From a virus, in IMG/VR virus record IMGVR_UViG_3300011923_000001: a stretch of DNA of 54,645 nucleotides; one strand, written 5' to 3'. This document shows positions 8,743 through 16,670 of the stretch, piece after piece. The notes under the pieces are model-generated. The model did not search any database. It was given only the letters and a program-made list of their open reading frames with translations, and was not told where the DNA came from. Position 1 is the first letter of the stretch. Every line of letters starts with the position of its first letter. Made by a program: the position numbers and the translations under genes.

Positions 8743-9012
8743 CTACTTATCGCTTTCAAAAAGAAGCATGTCATGAATTTTATTAAGCGTTGCTTCTTGT
8801 TTATCTATCGTGCTTTCAAGAGTTTCAAATGCTTTTTTAAACGAAGCAGGATCATTTCTCTTAAGTGAATACTTTAGATCGTTAAGGAGCTTATTCATAA
8901 AGTTACTTTGTTTGTTAGTCCATTGTTTCAATGCTTCTTGTGTTGCATCAGCATTGTTGTGCCGATGTAAAAGCAAATCAATTTTGTCTGTGATTGTGTG
9001 TTTACTTGTCAT
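8743..9012 (-). CDS. Hypothetical helical protein (89 aa), second gene of a two-gene cassette
   Basis: ORF starting 1 nt after the upstream gene's stop. No motif recognised. Confidence 0.5.
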   Translation of the reverse strand: MTSKHTITDKIDLLLHRHNNADATQEALKQWTNKQSNFMNKLLNDLKYSLKRNDPASFKKAFETLESTIDKQEATLNKIHDMLLFESDK

Positions 9013-9013
9013 A

Positions 9014-9208
9014 TTAAATCTCTTTAGATTTTAAATAATTTGCATAAAGTTTTATGAAAAGTTGCTTTTTATTAAGTTCTTTTTGCAAGGTTTCATAAAT
9101 ATGCTGCTCAACTGGATCATCTAGGTAAAACTCGAAAGTTACTTTTTTTGACTTTCTTTTTTCAGCATACCTTTTTGCATACTCAGAATCAGATTGGCGT
9201 GTTGACAT
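9014..9208 (-). CDS. Small basic DNA-binding-like protein (64 aa; RHH/RepB-regulator-like N-terminus)
   Basis: SDSEYAKRYAEKRKSKKVTFEFYLDD resembles ribbon-helix-helix regulatory proteins. A perfect 16-bp palindrome lies upstream. Confidence 0.4.
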   Translation of the reverse strand: MSTRQSDSEYAKRYAEKRKSKKVTFEFYLDDPVEQHIYETLQKELNKKQLFIKLYANYLKSKEI

Positions 9209-9291
9209 GCTTTTAAATCCTGATATATTAAATTCTAGCTACTACTTAAAGTCACTTAGACTGCTTAGAATATAATTGATTTATTTTTAAA

Positions 9292-9307
9292 CTTAGTAGC
9301 TACTAAG
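9292..9307. promoter_or_regulatory. Perfect 16-bp palindrome cttagtagctactaag (candidate operator of the 9208-8743 cassette)
   Basis: Self-complementary sequence about 85 bp upstream of the 9208 start. Confidence 0.5.
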
Positions 9308-9316
9308 TAATGTTTA
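9302..9316. repeat. 15-mer actaagtaatgttta, copy 1 (copy 2 at 10166-10180)
   Basis: Exact repeat located upstream of both minus-strand accessory transcription units. Confidence 0.6.
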
Positions 9317-9336
9317 CTGTCACATAGACAGAAGCC

Positions 9337-9369
9337 AAACCCCGATCTACACAATCGGGGTTTTGTTTT
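9337..9369. terminator. Hairpin terminator between the two minus-strand accessory units
   Basis: ccccgat ctacaca atcgggg, flanked by an A-run and a T-run. Confidence 0.45.
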
Positions 9370-9739
9370 ATAAATTTTGAGTTCTGTTCTCAACATAATC
9401 TAAAGCAGCTTGTAACATCGTTTTTGAGCTAACACGATTGATAATCGCTTGTTCAATGCTATTTCTGCAAGATTCAACATTAATCGGATAATCTTCACCG
9501 CTAAACACTGTTGCTGCTTCATCAGAGCGTAAAGCCCACATTGCCTTACTCATTGCTTGTTCAAACGAATCTAAATCGGTAATTTCAGGCATAGGATTAT
9601 CTTTTAACCACATCGACATAAGCTCGTTTGTATCAAGATCGGAAACATCAAGCAGCCATTTTTCATCGTAACCATCTTTTTTAATTTGAGCGTTTTCTTG
9701 TTCAAGTAATTCAGTTTGATAATCTTGTAAAGTTTTCAT
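9368..9739 (-). CDS. Strongly acidic protein (123 aa), candidate DNA-mimic/anti-restriction protein
   Basis: ORF with D/E far outnumbering K/R by hand count. No motif recognised. Confidence 0.45.
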   Translation of the reverse strand: MKTLQDYQTELLEQENAQIKKDGYDEKWLLDVSDLDTNELMSMWLKDNPMPEITDLDSFEQAMSKAMWALRSDEAATVFSGEDYPINVESCRNSIEQAIINRVSSKTMLQAALDYVENRTQNL

Positions 9740-9753
9740 ATTTTTTCCCTTTT

Positions 9754-10155
9754 TTATGAACCTATTAGTCTTAGTTCTTCTATAAAGTTACAAACAACTA
9801 TCTCTATATTCTCATCAAGAAAATAGTCTAAATCTTCAATCTCGATAGAGCCGACTTTCTCATGAACAGTCCATATAGATTTATACGATTTAACATATAC
9901 ATCATCACCATTCCACGTTACGCCATCATCAGCAGTAATACTTGTGACGCGATAAATTGAACCATCTTCAAATAATGCATATTTATTTTGATCATCATCT
10001 GTCATATAGCTGACTATCGTTAAATGCCTAACTCCATCGATCGCATCGATATTTGCATTCCCAATGATGGGGATTAAATCATCACCCCATTCCTCAATTA
10101 CATCCATGATTACACTATCAATTCCCATTGCTAATTCTGAAAATTTACTAATCAT
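9754..10155 (-). CDS. Strongly acidic protein (133 aa from ATG 10155; GTG 10167 possible)
   Basis: Roughly 28 D/E against 8 K/R by hand count. First gene of its unit. Confidence 0.45.
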   Translation of the reverse strand: MISKFSELAMGIDSVIMDVIEEWGDDLIPIIGNANIDAIDGVRHLTIVSYMTDDDQNKYALFEDGSIYRVTSITADDGVTWNGDDVYVKSYKSIWTVHEKVGSIEIEDLDYFLDENIEIVVCNFIEELRLIGS

Positions 10156-10165
10156 TTTAAATCTC

Positions 10166-10180
10166 ACTAAGTAATGTTTA
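10166..10180. repeat. 15-mer actaagtaatgttta, copy 2
   Basis: Exact match to 9302-9316, immediately upstream of the 9754..10155 gene. Confidence 0.6.
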
Positions 10181-10227
10181 AGTTATCAAGTTTTGATCTA
10201 CACATCTTCGCTTGATGCTTCAACAAT

Positions 10228-10245
10228 ATCTAACACGTGTTAGAT
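10228..10245. promoter_or_regulatory. Perfect 18-bp palindrome atctaacacgtgttagat in a divergent intergenic region
   Basis: Self-complementary sequence between minus gene 10155 and plus gene 10454. Confidence 0.45.
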
Positions 10246-10295
10246 TGTCAAGAGATTTTCAACTACTATTGCTAACATAAATTGATGAATGATTG

Positions 10296-10326
10296 GGGTT
10301 GTTTTAGCTGTTTCGCAAAACAACCC
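10296..10326. other. 10-bp-stem hairpin without a T-run
   Basis: gggttgtttt (11-nt loop) aaaacaaccc. Confidence 0.4.
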
Positions 10327-10453
10327 TATGCAGGTCATGTTCGAGTGAATTTTTACCAGAAAAACATTGGACAAAAAATAGCCTAAGTTTGTGTAAATGG
10401 ACTGGATTGGTTTGGAGTTATCATAGGTACATATCGATAACTCACGGATATTT

Positions 10454-10864
10454 ATGAGCGCTCAAATATTGGATTTGGAATTAATAGGGAAGTTAATAGC
10501 TGCCAAAGAAAATGCTGCGGCTGTAATGATGACACCAGAAAAACATCGAACCATAATTGCAGAGCTATTTAGTCATGGGGTGTATGACGTTGAAATAGAT
10601 AAAGTCTATGGGTTGCCGATTTTATTTGATGTGAATGCTAAAAATGGATGTTCCGTAATTGATCAAAAAGAATACAATTCACGTAAAAAAGTATATGAGC
10701 TATTGAAATTATATAAAAACAAGATTGTAGAATATAAAACCATTAATATTTCAAGTGATAAAATTTGCAACTTTGAAGTAGTATCTCAATCATTGTTATT
10801 GCAGCTTAGTGAGTTATCATCAAGAATCACCAAGATTGAACAAAATTTAAAATTAATGGATTGA
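10454..10864 (+). CDS. Hypothetical protein (136 aa)
   Basis: Isolated ORF followed by a terminator. Confidence 0.55.
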   Translation: MSAQILDLELIGKLIAAKENAAAVMMTPEKHRTIIAELFSHGVYDVEIDKVYGLPILFDVNAKNGCSVIDQKEYNSRKKVYELLKLYKNKIVEYKTINISSDKICNFEVVSQSLLLQLSELSSRITKIEQNLKLMD

Positions 10865-10885
10865 TTTAAAATACATAAAGTAAAA

Positions 10886-10913
10886 AGCCCACTAAATATT
10901 TAGCGGGCTTTTT
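10886..10913 (+). terminator. Rho-independent terminator
   Basis: agcccact...agcgggct stem (one mismatch) followed by ttttt. Confidence 0.6.
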
Positions 10914-11046
10914 ACTGCGAAGAACTGGAATTTAACACTTACATAACACTATGGTCGTGTTACATACGGAAACTATAATATATAAATGTACTTATAATTT
11001 CAATCAAAAAATAGGTAGATTTTCCTAAAAATATAAAAGAAATATC

Positions 11047-11075
11047 TTGAAAATTATGTGCCGTTTATATAAATT
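11047..11075 (+). promoter_or_regulatory. Candidate late promoter (TTGAAA-N17-TAAATT)
   Basis: Sigma70-like hexamers about 100 bp upstream of a terminator that precedes the first late gene. Confidence 0.3.
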
Positions 11076-11152
11076 TCTATCTAGTGGTTGATAGTAGCCA
11101 CAAAGATAGTTGAATCGATTTGATCAGCGCAAAAAATTAAATATTCAACGGA

Positions 11153-11183
11153 AAACCCAGCCTTAAAACGCTGGGTTTTTTTA
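11153..11183 (+). terminator. Terminator just upstream of the late operon (tR'-like attenuator candidate)
   Basis: aaaa cccagc cttaaaac gctggg ttttttt. The stem sequence resembles that of terminator 8644-8669. Confidence 0.6.
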
Positions 11184-11200
11184 TTGCCAGAGTAAAAGCT

Positions 11201-12283
11201 ATGTCATGTACAGATATCGCAGTAGCAGTGTTATTAAATTCAGAAAACGATAATCGAGATACAAAGTTAAGTGCAGATACCGCAAGTTCTATTAATGCTA
11301 CCCAATCATCCATTATTAAATACTTTGACCATTCGCACTTGCCAGAGCATCTAAAAGCGATTAGCAAACCGCTTTGCCAATTAGCTGAGTTTATGGATCA
11401 ACAACTACCTAATGGTGCTGAAAAAACCACAGGTTTACGCAAGTTGCTAGAAGCCAAAGACTGTTTTGTACGTGAAGCGGTAGGAATGCCTAATAAGCTT
11501 AAAAACCTTGTATCTGGCGAAATTAGTGACGGATACCACACTTTTAATGAGCTGTACGCGCATAGAATGCAATTGTTCGCATATATCTGTCACGCCAATC
11601 AATCTCGTGCGTGGAAATCAAAGCACCATCATCCTGAAGATGGGCCAATGTATCCCGATTACTTTGTGGTAGGTCTTAATACACCAGAAGGCCAGTTTAG
11701 CTATCACTATCACTTAGATCATTGGAATTTCTTTTCGGATGTTAGTGAGCTTGATCATGCGCCTAAGTTCGATGGTCATACGAGTAATCATGTATTTCGC
11801 ATCCATAGTCTAAACACTAACCAGACTTTTAAATACGAAAGTGACAATCACATGAAGCTGCAAGCACGTGAATGTATAGAGATTGATAAACCAATCATTG
11901 GAGATACAGCACAGTTTCAATTCCAGCCAAATCTTACAGTTAAGACGGATGAAAATGGAATTGCTTCATTAGAATCAAAAGCTATACCTTCTGGTGCTTT
12001 TATGAGTTTTGGTGAAGCATTGGAAGCCTTAAAACAAGGGTACAAATTGGCTCGTTCTGGTTGGAATGGTAAAGATCAATATGTAGTTGCTCAAGCTCTA
12101 ACCACAACTACTGAAGCATCAAAAATTTGGAATATTCATAATAAAGCTCATGCTGAAAAACTTGGTGGGTACATTGATGTTGCACCGTATTTCACATTGA
12201 AAACAGCACAAAATACTTTAGCAATGGGTTGGATACCAAGCACAAGTGATCTATTCGCAAATGATTGGGTGGTGGTGGCTTAA
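11201..12283 (+). CDS. Multidomain protein with C-terminal DUF2829 (Tad2-like) domain
   Basis: The C-terminus MSFGEALEALKQGYKLARSGWNGKDQ...LFANDWVVV is the DUF2829 signature. The N-terminal part carries LRKLLEAKD and DGYHTFNELYAHR modules of unknown function. Confidence 0.65.
   Translation: MSCTDIAVAVLLNSENDNRDTKLSADTASSINATQSSIIKYFDHSHLPEHLKAISKPLCQLAEFMDQQLPNGAEKTTGLRKLLEAKDCFVREAVGMPNKLKNLVSGEISDGYHTFNELYAHRMQLFAYICHANQSRAWKSKHHHPEDGPMYPDYFVVGLNTPEGQFSYHYHLDHWNFFSDVSELDHAPKFDGHTSNHVFRIHSLNTNQTFKYESDNHMKLQARECIEIDKPIIGDTAQFQFQPNLTVKTDENGIASLESKAIPSGAFMSFGEALEALKQGYKLARSGWNGKDQYVVAQALTTTTEASKIWNIHNKAHAEKLGGYIDVAPYFTLKTAQNTLAMGWIPSTSDLFANDWVVVA
12002..12283 (+). other. DUF2829/Tad2-like domain within the 360-aa protein
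   Basis: An in-frame Met at 12002 begins the canonical DUF2829 pattern. Confidence 0.65.
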
Positions 12284-12766
12284 ATGGAAAGATATATTCA
12301 TAAAGCCGATGGCTCGGTCATTCGTGCTGTGCAATTTAATTTAGAAAACTATTCAAGCGGTAAACTTGATCCGTTGTTTTCAAATGAATCCTTTAGATTC
12401 GGTGCTTGGAAAGATGATGGTCAAACTTCTATTACAGGCAGTCTTTGTAAGACTACAGGCGAGTGCCAACGATTTACTATCGGAAGTGTGATCACACAAG
12501 ATGAAACTGGCGTATATAATGTTTTTGGTGAAGACGAGTTCAATGAAACCTACCAAAAAGCACCTGAAGCATGGTTTTTACGCTTAAAAATAGAACAATC
12601 TTCGCTTCAGGAAAAGCTTGAAGCCTTAAACCCAGTTATATCACAAACGATCAAACCTGTCGCAATGACAGAAAAGCAATGGGAGCTTCTGAATCGCCAG
12701 TGGTTTCACATGACACAGTACAACCAAATCTTAATTGAACGTATTGCTGAAGCAGAGCAGCAATAA
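12284..12766 (+). CDS. Hypothetical protein (160 aa)
   Basis: ORF starting immediately after the previous stop, preceded by ggtgg. Confidence 0.55.
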   Translation: MERYIHKADGSVIRAVQFNLENYSSGKLDPLFSNESFRFGAWKDDGQTSITGSLCKTTGECQRFTIGSVITQDETGVYNVFGEDEFNETYQKAPEAWFLRLKIEQSSLQEKLEALNPVISQTIKPVAMTEKQWELLNRQWFHMTQYNQILIERIAEAEQQ

Positions 12767-12815
12767 GTCAATCGCCGAACATAACTATCAGATTTTTTAG
12801 CAATAAGGCGTTTCT

Positions 12816-13262
12816 ATGTTCGGCTTAACTTGGAGAGTTGCACTTGTATTCAGTGTTCCTGTTGTTTCGCTTTCACGCAAAGCAAATGCAGGCACGTTGT
12901 ATCACAATGCTGTGACGATCTATCAAACTGAATTGCTTATCGCACTTTGTCTTTTGATGATGTGTGTAGGTTGTTTAGCTTCAATCATTACACCTGATCC
13001 AGAAGGGGTACAACCAATCAAGCCAATGGCTAAGTTTGTGTATTCATTATTAGGGTCGTTAAGTGCAATGTTCTATATCGGCTACTACGAGCAGCAATTA
13101 ACAATCGTTCATCCCGCGTGGGTTGGCGGTGTTGCTTTCGTAGCGCCAGCAATCGTACCAAGCGTTAAAAAGTTGGTATTTGAACTACTACCTGTTGCAC
13201 ACAATGCAGCTAAGGCGTTTTTAACGCGCTGGTTGGGCAGCAAAGGGGGAGACAATGGATAA
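12816..13262 (+). CDS. Multi-pass membrane protein, putative holin
   Basis: Several hydrophobic helices. Located directly upstream of the endolysin. Confidence 0.45.
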   Translation: MFGLTWRVALVFSVPVVSLSRKANAGTLYHNAVTIYQTELLIALCLLMMCVGCLASIITPDPEGVQPIKPMAKFVYSLLGSLSAMFYIGYYEQQLTIVHPAWVGGVAFVAPAIVPSVKKLVFELLPVAHNAAKAFLTRWLGSKGGDNG

Positions 13263-13545
13263 TGTTATCTCAACAATTTGCATACTTTTCAGCAAATTAA
13301 CGTACTTGCAGTATTGCTGGTTGGTCGTTGGCATTTTCTTTGGCTGTGTACTTATTAAGCCGTTTAAGCGATGTTTGGCCACACATAATGGAATTATATC
13401 AATGCTCATTGGTTCGCTGATGGGCATTTTTTCTTTGAGTTGGGCGTGGATCTCGATTGTGATTGCGATTGGCTTTTTCTCATACGGTTTATACCAGAAT
13501 CACCACAAATTTTTAGGAGATATGCATCATGACTCGTCAAAGTGA
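13255..13545 (+). CDS. Membrane protein (96 aa), putative holin/antiholin
   Basis: Three hydrophobic segments. Overlaps both neighbouring genes. Confidence 0.45.
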   Translation: MDNVISTICILFSKLTYLQYCWLVVGIFFGCVLIKPFKRCLATHNGIISMLIGSLMGIFSLSWAWISIVIAIGFFSYGLYQNHHKFLGDMHHDSSK

Positions 13546-14056
13546 ACTCGCATGGGTGGCCGCAGGTCGTGAGCGTATCGGAACGCATGAAATTAAAGGT
13601 GTGAAGCATCACCCCTTAATTGTTTCTATGTGGACATTGGCATTTCAAGCGACAAATCAAAAGCAATGGATCAAAGATGATGAAACCGCGTGGTGTGGTG
13701 CATTTGCTGGCTATTGCATGGCTAAAGCTGATTTGTCCAAGCACATTCCTAAAGATTTCTATCGCGCTAAATCATGGGCTAGCGCGGGTACAGCTCTGAA
13801 TAAACCCGCGTATGGCTGCATTGTTGTTTTCAATCGCTCAGGCGGTGGCCATGTAGGTATTGTCATTGGTAAAGATCAGCGCGGCAACATCATGGTGTTG
13901 GGTGGTAATCAATCTGATGCAGTGAATATCAAACCATTTGCTACTGACCGCGTTATTGCATACCGCTGGTGTGGCACTCAAAAGAATCCTTTAGCTTCAC
14001 GTTTTGACTTACCGCTACTGAACAGTGACGGCAAAGTCAGTACGAATGAAGCTTAA
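13529..14056 (+). CDS. Endolysin, TIGR02594-type NlpC/P60-CHAP-like peptidoglycan hydrolase
   Basis: WCGAFAGYCM (Cys), GGGHVGIVIG (His), VLGGNQSDAVNI and AYRW match the TIGR02594 phage family pattern. Confidence 0.65.
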   Translation: MTRQSELAWVAAGRERIGTHEIKGVKHHPLIVSMWTLAFQATNQKQWIKDDETAWCGAFAGYCMAKADLSKHIPKDFYRAKSWASAGTALNKPAYGCIVVFNRSGGGHVGIVIGKDQRGNIMVLGGNQSDAVNIKPFATDRVIAYRWCGTQKNPLASRFDLPLLNSDGKVSTNEA

Positions 14057-14132
14057 TCAGTTTGACCGTGAGCATTATTTGCTCTCTAACTGTTCGTTGC
14101 GGTCTTTTTTATTTCGTGAGTAGCACTGTTAT

Positions 14133-14801
14133 ATGTCAGATAAATGCGGTGCGAAAACGAGAACAGGTAGCAAATGCAAGCATCCAGCGGGTTATAGAAC
14201 TGACCATGTTGGAAAAGGCAAGTGCTACCTACATGGCGGTGCATCGAAAGGCGCACCAAAGGGAAACAAGAATGCTCAAAAGCATGGAATTTATTCGCGT
14301 ATCTATGATGATGAAGAACTTGACGCAGCAAAAGACATGCAAGGCAGCATTGAAACAGAGTTGGCCATTGCACGTATACAACTGGCCAACTTACTTAAAT
14401 GGCATAAAAACACAAATGATGCGCCTGTCATTGATCGAGTTGAAGAAACAACAATTGTTCAAGAGGGTAAAGAAGGCGGCTTTCTTGAAGATTTACAACG
14501 TAGTGCGCGTGAAGCTGGTGAAGAATATGACCCTGACGGTGATGAAGACCTTGTTCGAGAAAAAGAAAGCGAAGTGTTTTCACGTAAACGCATCTACCAG
14601 CGGCGTGATTTCATTAACGAGTTTACAAGGCTAACAGCCTTGATTGCACGACTTGAGCAGCAGCTTGTTCAAATGTGTAAGACCAAAGCAGAAATAAAAC
14701 AAATTGAAGCAGGCGAACGTGAAGGCGAAGACGAAGGAAACTTCACTGACGCAGAGCTGGTTCAAGAAATTCAAGAGCTTATCGAGGGATTCACGTTCTA
14801 G
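14133..14801 (+). CDS. Terminase small subunit (HGG/KHG motif type)
   Basis: CGAKTRTGSKCKHPAG...CYLHGGASKGAPKGNKNAQKHGIYS, immediately upstream of TerL. Confidence 0.6.
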   Translation: MSDKCGAKTRTGSKCKHPAGYRTDHVGKGKCYLHGGASKGAPKGNKNAQKHGIYSRIYDDEELDAAKDMQGSIETELAIARIQLANLLKWHKNTNDAPVIDRVEETTIVQEGKEGGFLEDLQRSAREAGEEYDPDGDEDLVREKESEVFSRKRIYQRRDFINEFTRLTALIARLEQQLVQMCKTKAEIKQIEAGEREGEDEGNFTDAELVQEIQELIEGFTF

Positions 14802-14814
14802 ACTATTGGCAGAG

Positions 14815-16245
14815 ATGCCAAAAGATAAGCGGCTCAAGCTTAGAAAATTATTAAAAGAATACGACAGGCGTAAGAACTGTAAATTATTCGGACTTTTTCC
14901 CGATGAAGGCCCTTTAAAGAGGGAACTTTACACCAAGCATTTAGCATTTTTTAAAGCTGGTGCGGATTTCCGAAGCCGTTTGTTCATGGCGGGAAACCGT
15001 GTAGGTAAAACCGTTACAGGCTGTACCGAAGATGTATATCACTTAACAGGTTTATATCCGCACTGGTGGGAAGGTAAACGCTTTAATGAAGAAATTCGGG
15101 CTTGGGTAGCGGGCAAGAGTAACGAAACCACACGTGACATTATTCAGCTTGAGTTGCTGGGTAACGTCATCTACGAAAAAGGCAAAAAGACTTTTGACGG
15201 TACTGGACTAATACCAAAACACTTGATTGGTAAAATCACGTGGCGGCAAGGCGTACAAGACTTAGCTGACACGGCACTGATCAAGCATAAGTGCGGTAAG
15301 TGGTCAAAGCTGGGTTTAAAGTCGTATCAACAAGGACGTGGCTCATTTGAGGGTACAGCACAGCATCTTATTCATTTAGATGAGGAACCGCCACAGGACG
15401 TATATACCGAGTGTTTGACTCGTACCGCTACGACTGAAGGTATTGTGATTATTACGTTTACCCCGCTTGAGGGTTTAACGGCAATGATTCTGGACTTCAT
15501 GAAGAAGGCCGAAAAAGGAATCACGGCAATGATCACCGCTGGATGGGATGATGCACCCCATCTTAGCGAAAAAACCAAGCAGGAATTACTGGCAGAGTTT
15601 CCAGAGCATGAACACGATGCACGTTCCAAAGGTATTCCGATTGCTGGTACTGGCTCTATTTATCCAGTGGATGACAAGGATATTACAGTTCAGCCGTTTG
15701 ACATTCCTAAGCACTGGGTACGGCTCACAGGCATGGACTTTGGTTGGGATCACCCAACCGCAGCAGTCAATCTTGCGTGGGATCGTGATACCGACATTAT
15801 TTATGTCGTTAATGAGTACGGCAGCTCACGTAGAACACCGATTGAACATGCACCGCATATTCGGGCGCTATGTCCTTTTGCCCCGATTGCATGGCCGCAT
15901 GATGGCGTAAACACTGAAAAAGGCGGTGGTAAGCCGATCAAAGACCAGTATGTGACTGAAAAGCTAAACATGCTGGCAGAAAAAGCCACGTTACCAGATG
16001 GTTCAAACTCGGTTGAAGCAAGTCTGACATTCATCCTTCAGAAAATGAAGAAGGGTGAGTTCAAAATATTTAGTACATGCGTTCAGGTACTTGAAGAAAA
16101 ACGACTCTATCACCGTAAAGACGGCAAGATTGTCAAAATTCGAGACGACTATCTGGATGCAATGAGATATGCAGTCATGATGCTACGCCATGCGATTGTG
16201 CAGCCGAGCAAAAAGACAACACAAAGAAATCGGAGAACAATTTGA
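14815..16245 (+). CDS. Terminase large subunit
   Basis: Walker A MAGNRVGKT, Walker B LIHLDEE and a nuclease-region GMDFGWDHP. Start set at ATG 14815, after the TerS stop. Confidence 0.85.
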   Translation: MPKDKRLKLRKLLKEYDRRKNCKLFGLFPDEGPLKRELYTKHLAFFKAGADFRSRLFMAGNRVGKTVTGCTEDVYHLTGLYPHWWEGKRFNEEIRAWVAGKSNETTRDIIQLELLGNVIYEKGKKTFDGTGLIPKHLIGKITWRQGVQDLADTALIKHKCGKWSKLGLKSYQQGRGSFEGTAQHLIHLDEEPPQDVYTECLTRTATTEGIVIITFTPLEGLTAMILDFMKKAEKGITAMITAGWDDAPHLSEKTKQELLAEFPEHEHDARSKGIPIAGTGSIYPVDDKDITVQPFDIPKHWVRLTGMDFGWDHPTAAVNLAWDRDTDIIYVVNEYGSSRRTPIEHAPHIRALCPFAPIAWPHDGVNTEKGGGKPIKDQYVTEKLNMLAEKATLPDGSNSVEASLTFILQKMKKGEFKIFSTCVQVLEEKRLYHRKDGKIVKIRDDYLDAMRYAVMMLRHAIVQPSKKTTQRNRRTI

Positions 16246-16670
16246 TCGATATTCAGTATGGGATTCTGAAGGAAATTCCTGTTCCAGCAAAATACGGTGT
16301 GGTTGCGTATATCAGCAATGTGACAATTACGCAGCCAGACGGCCAGAAAGAAGACGATGCGGCTTTAATACTGTGCCGTAAAAGCTTTGGCTATGGACGT
16401 ACACACATAATCTTACGTCAGAGTATGCATGGTGTTTTACAGACTGAAGAACTCATCAAGATGGCGACTCATGCATGTATGTGTCTATTCGGAAGCTTTA
16501 TGCCAGATATAACGCACAATTTAGCCGATCTGATTCTTGATCATACGGATGAGCTTGTCATGCATCCACCTGAAGATGTGATGATAGAAGAAAAAAGACG
16601 CGAAAAAGAAATTGAGCGTATGGGCCTACATCTGGTTGTGAATGATAAAACTTTAGTGGATGCACGATAA
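16242..16670 (+). CDS. Hypothetical protein (142 aa, TTG start)
   Basis: ORF filling the TerL-portal gap, overlapping both. No ATG near the 5' end. Confidence 0.4.
   Translation: MIDIQYGILKEIPVPAKYGVVAYISNVTITQPDGQKEDDAALILCRKSFGYGRTHIILRQSMHGVLQTEELIKMATHACMCLFGSFMPDITHNLADLILDHTDELVMHPPEDVMIEEKRREKEIERMGLHLVVNDKTLVDAR

Noticed and set aside
14062-14634. 190-aa ORF overlapping the small terminase gene in another frame. It begins with a hydrophobic segment and could be mistaken for a spanin after the endolysin.
   Set aside because: It lies almost entirely inside the 14133-14801 ORF, whose HGG/KHG small-terminase motifs are convincing. It has a TTG start and no RBS, and its composition looks like an out-of-frame shadow.
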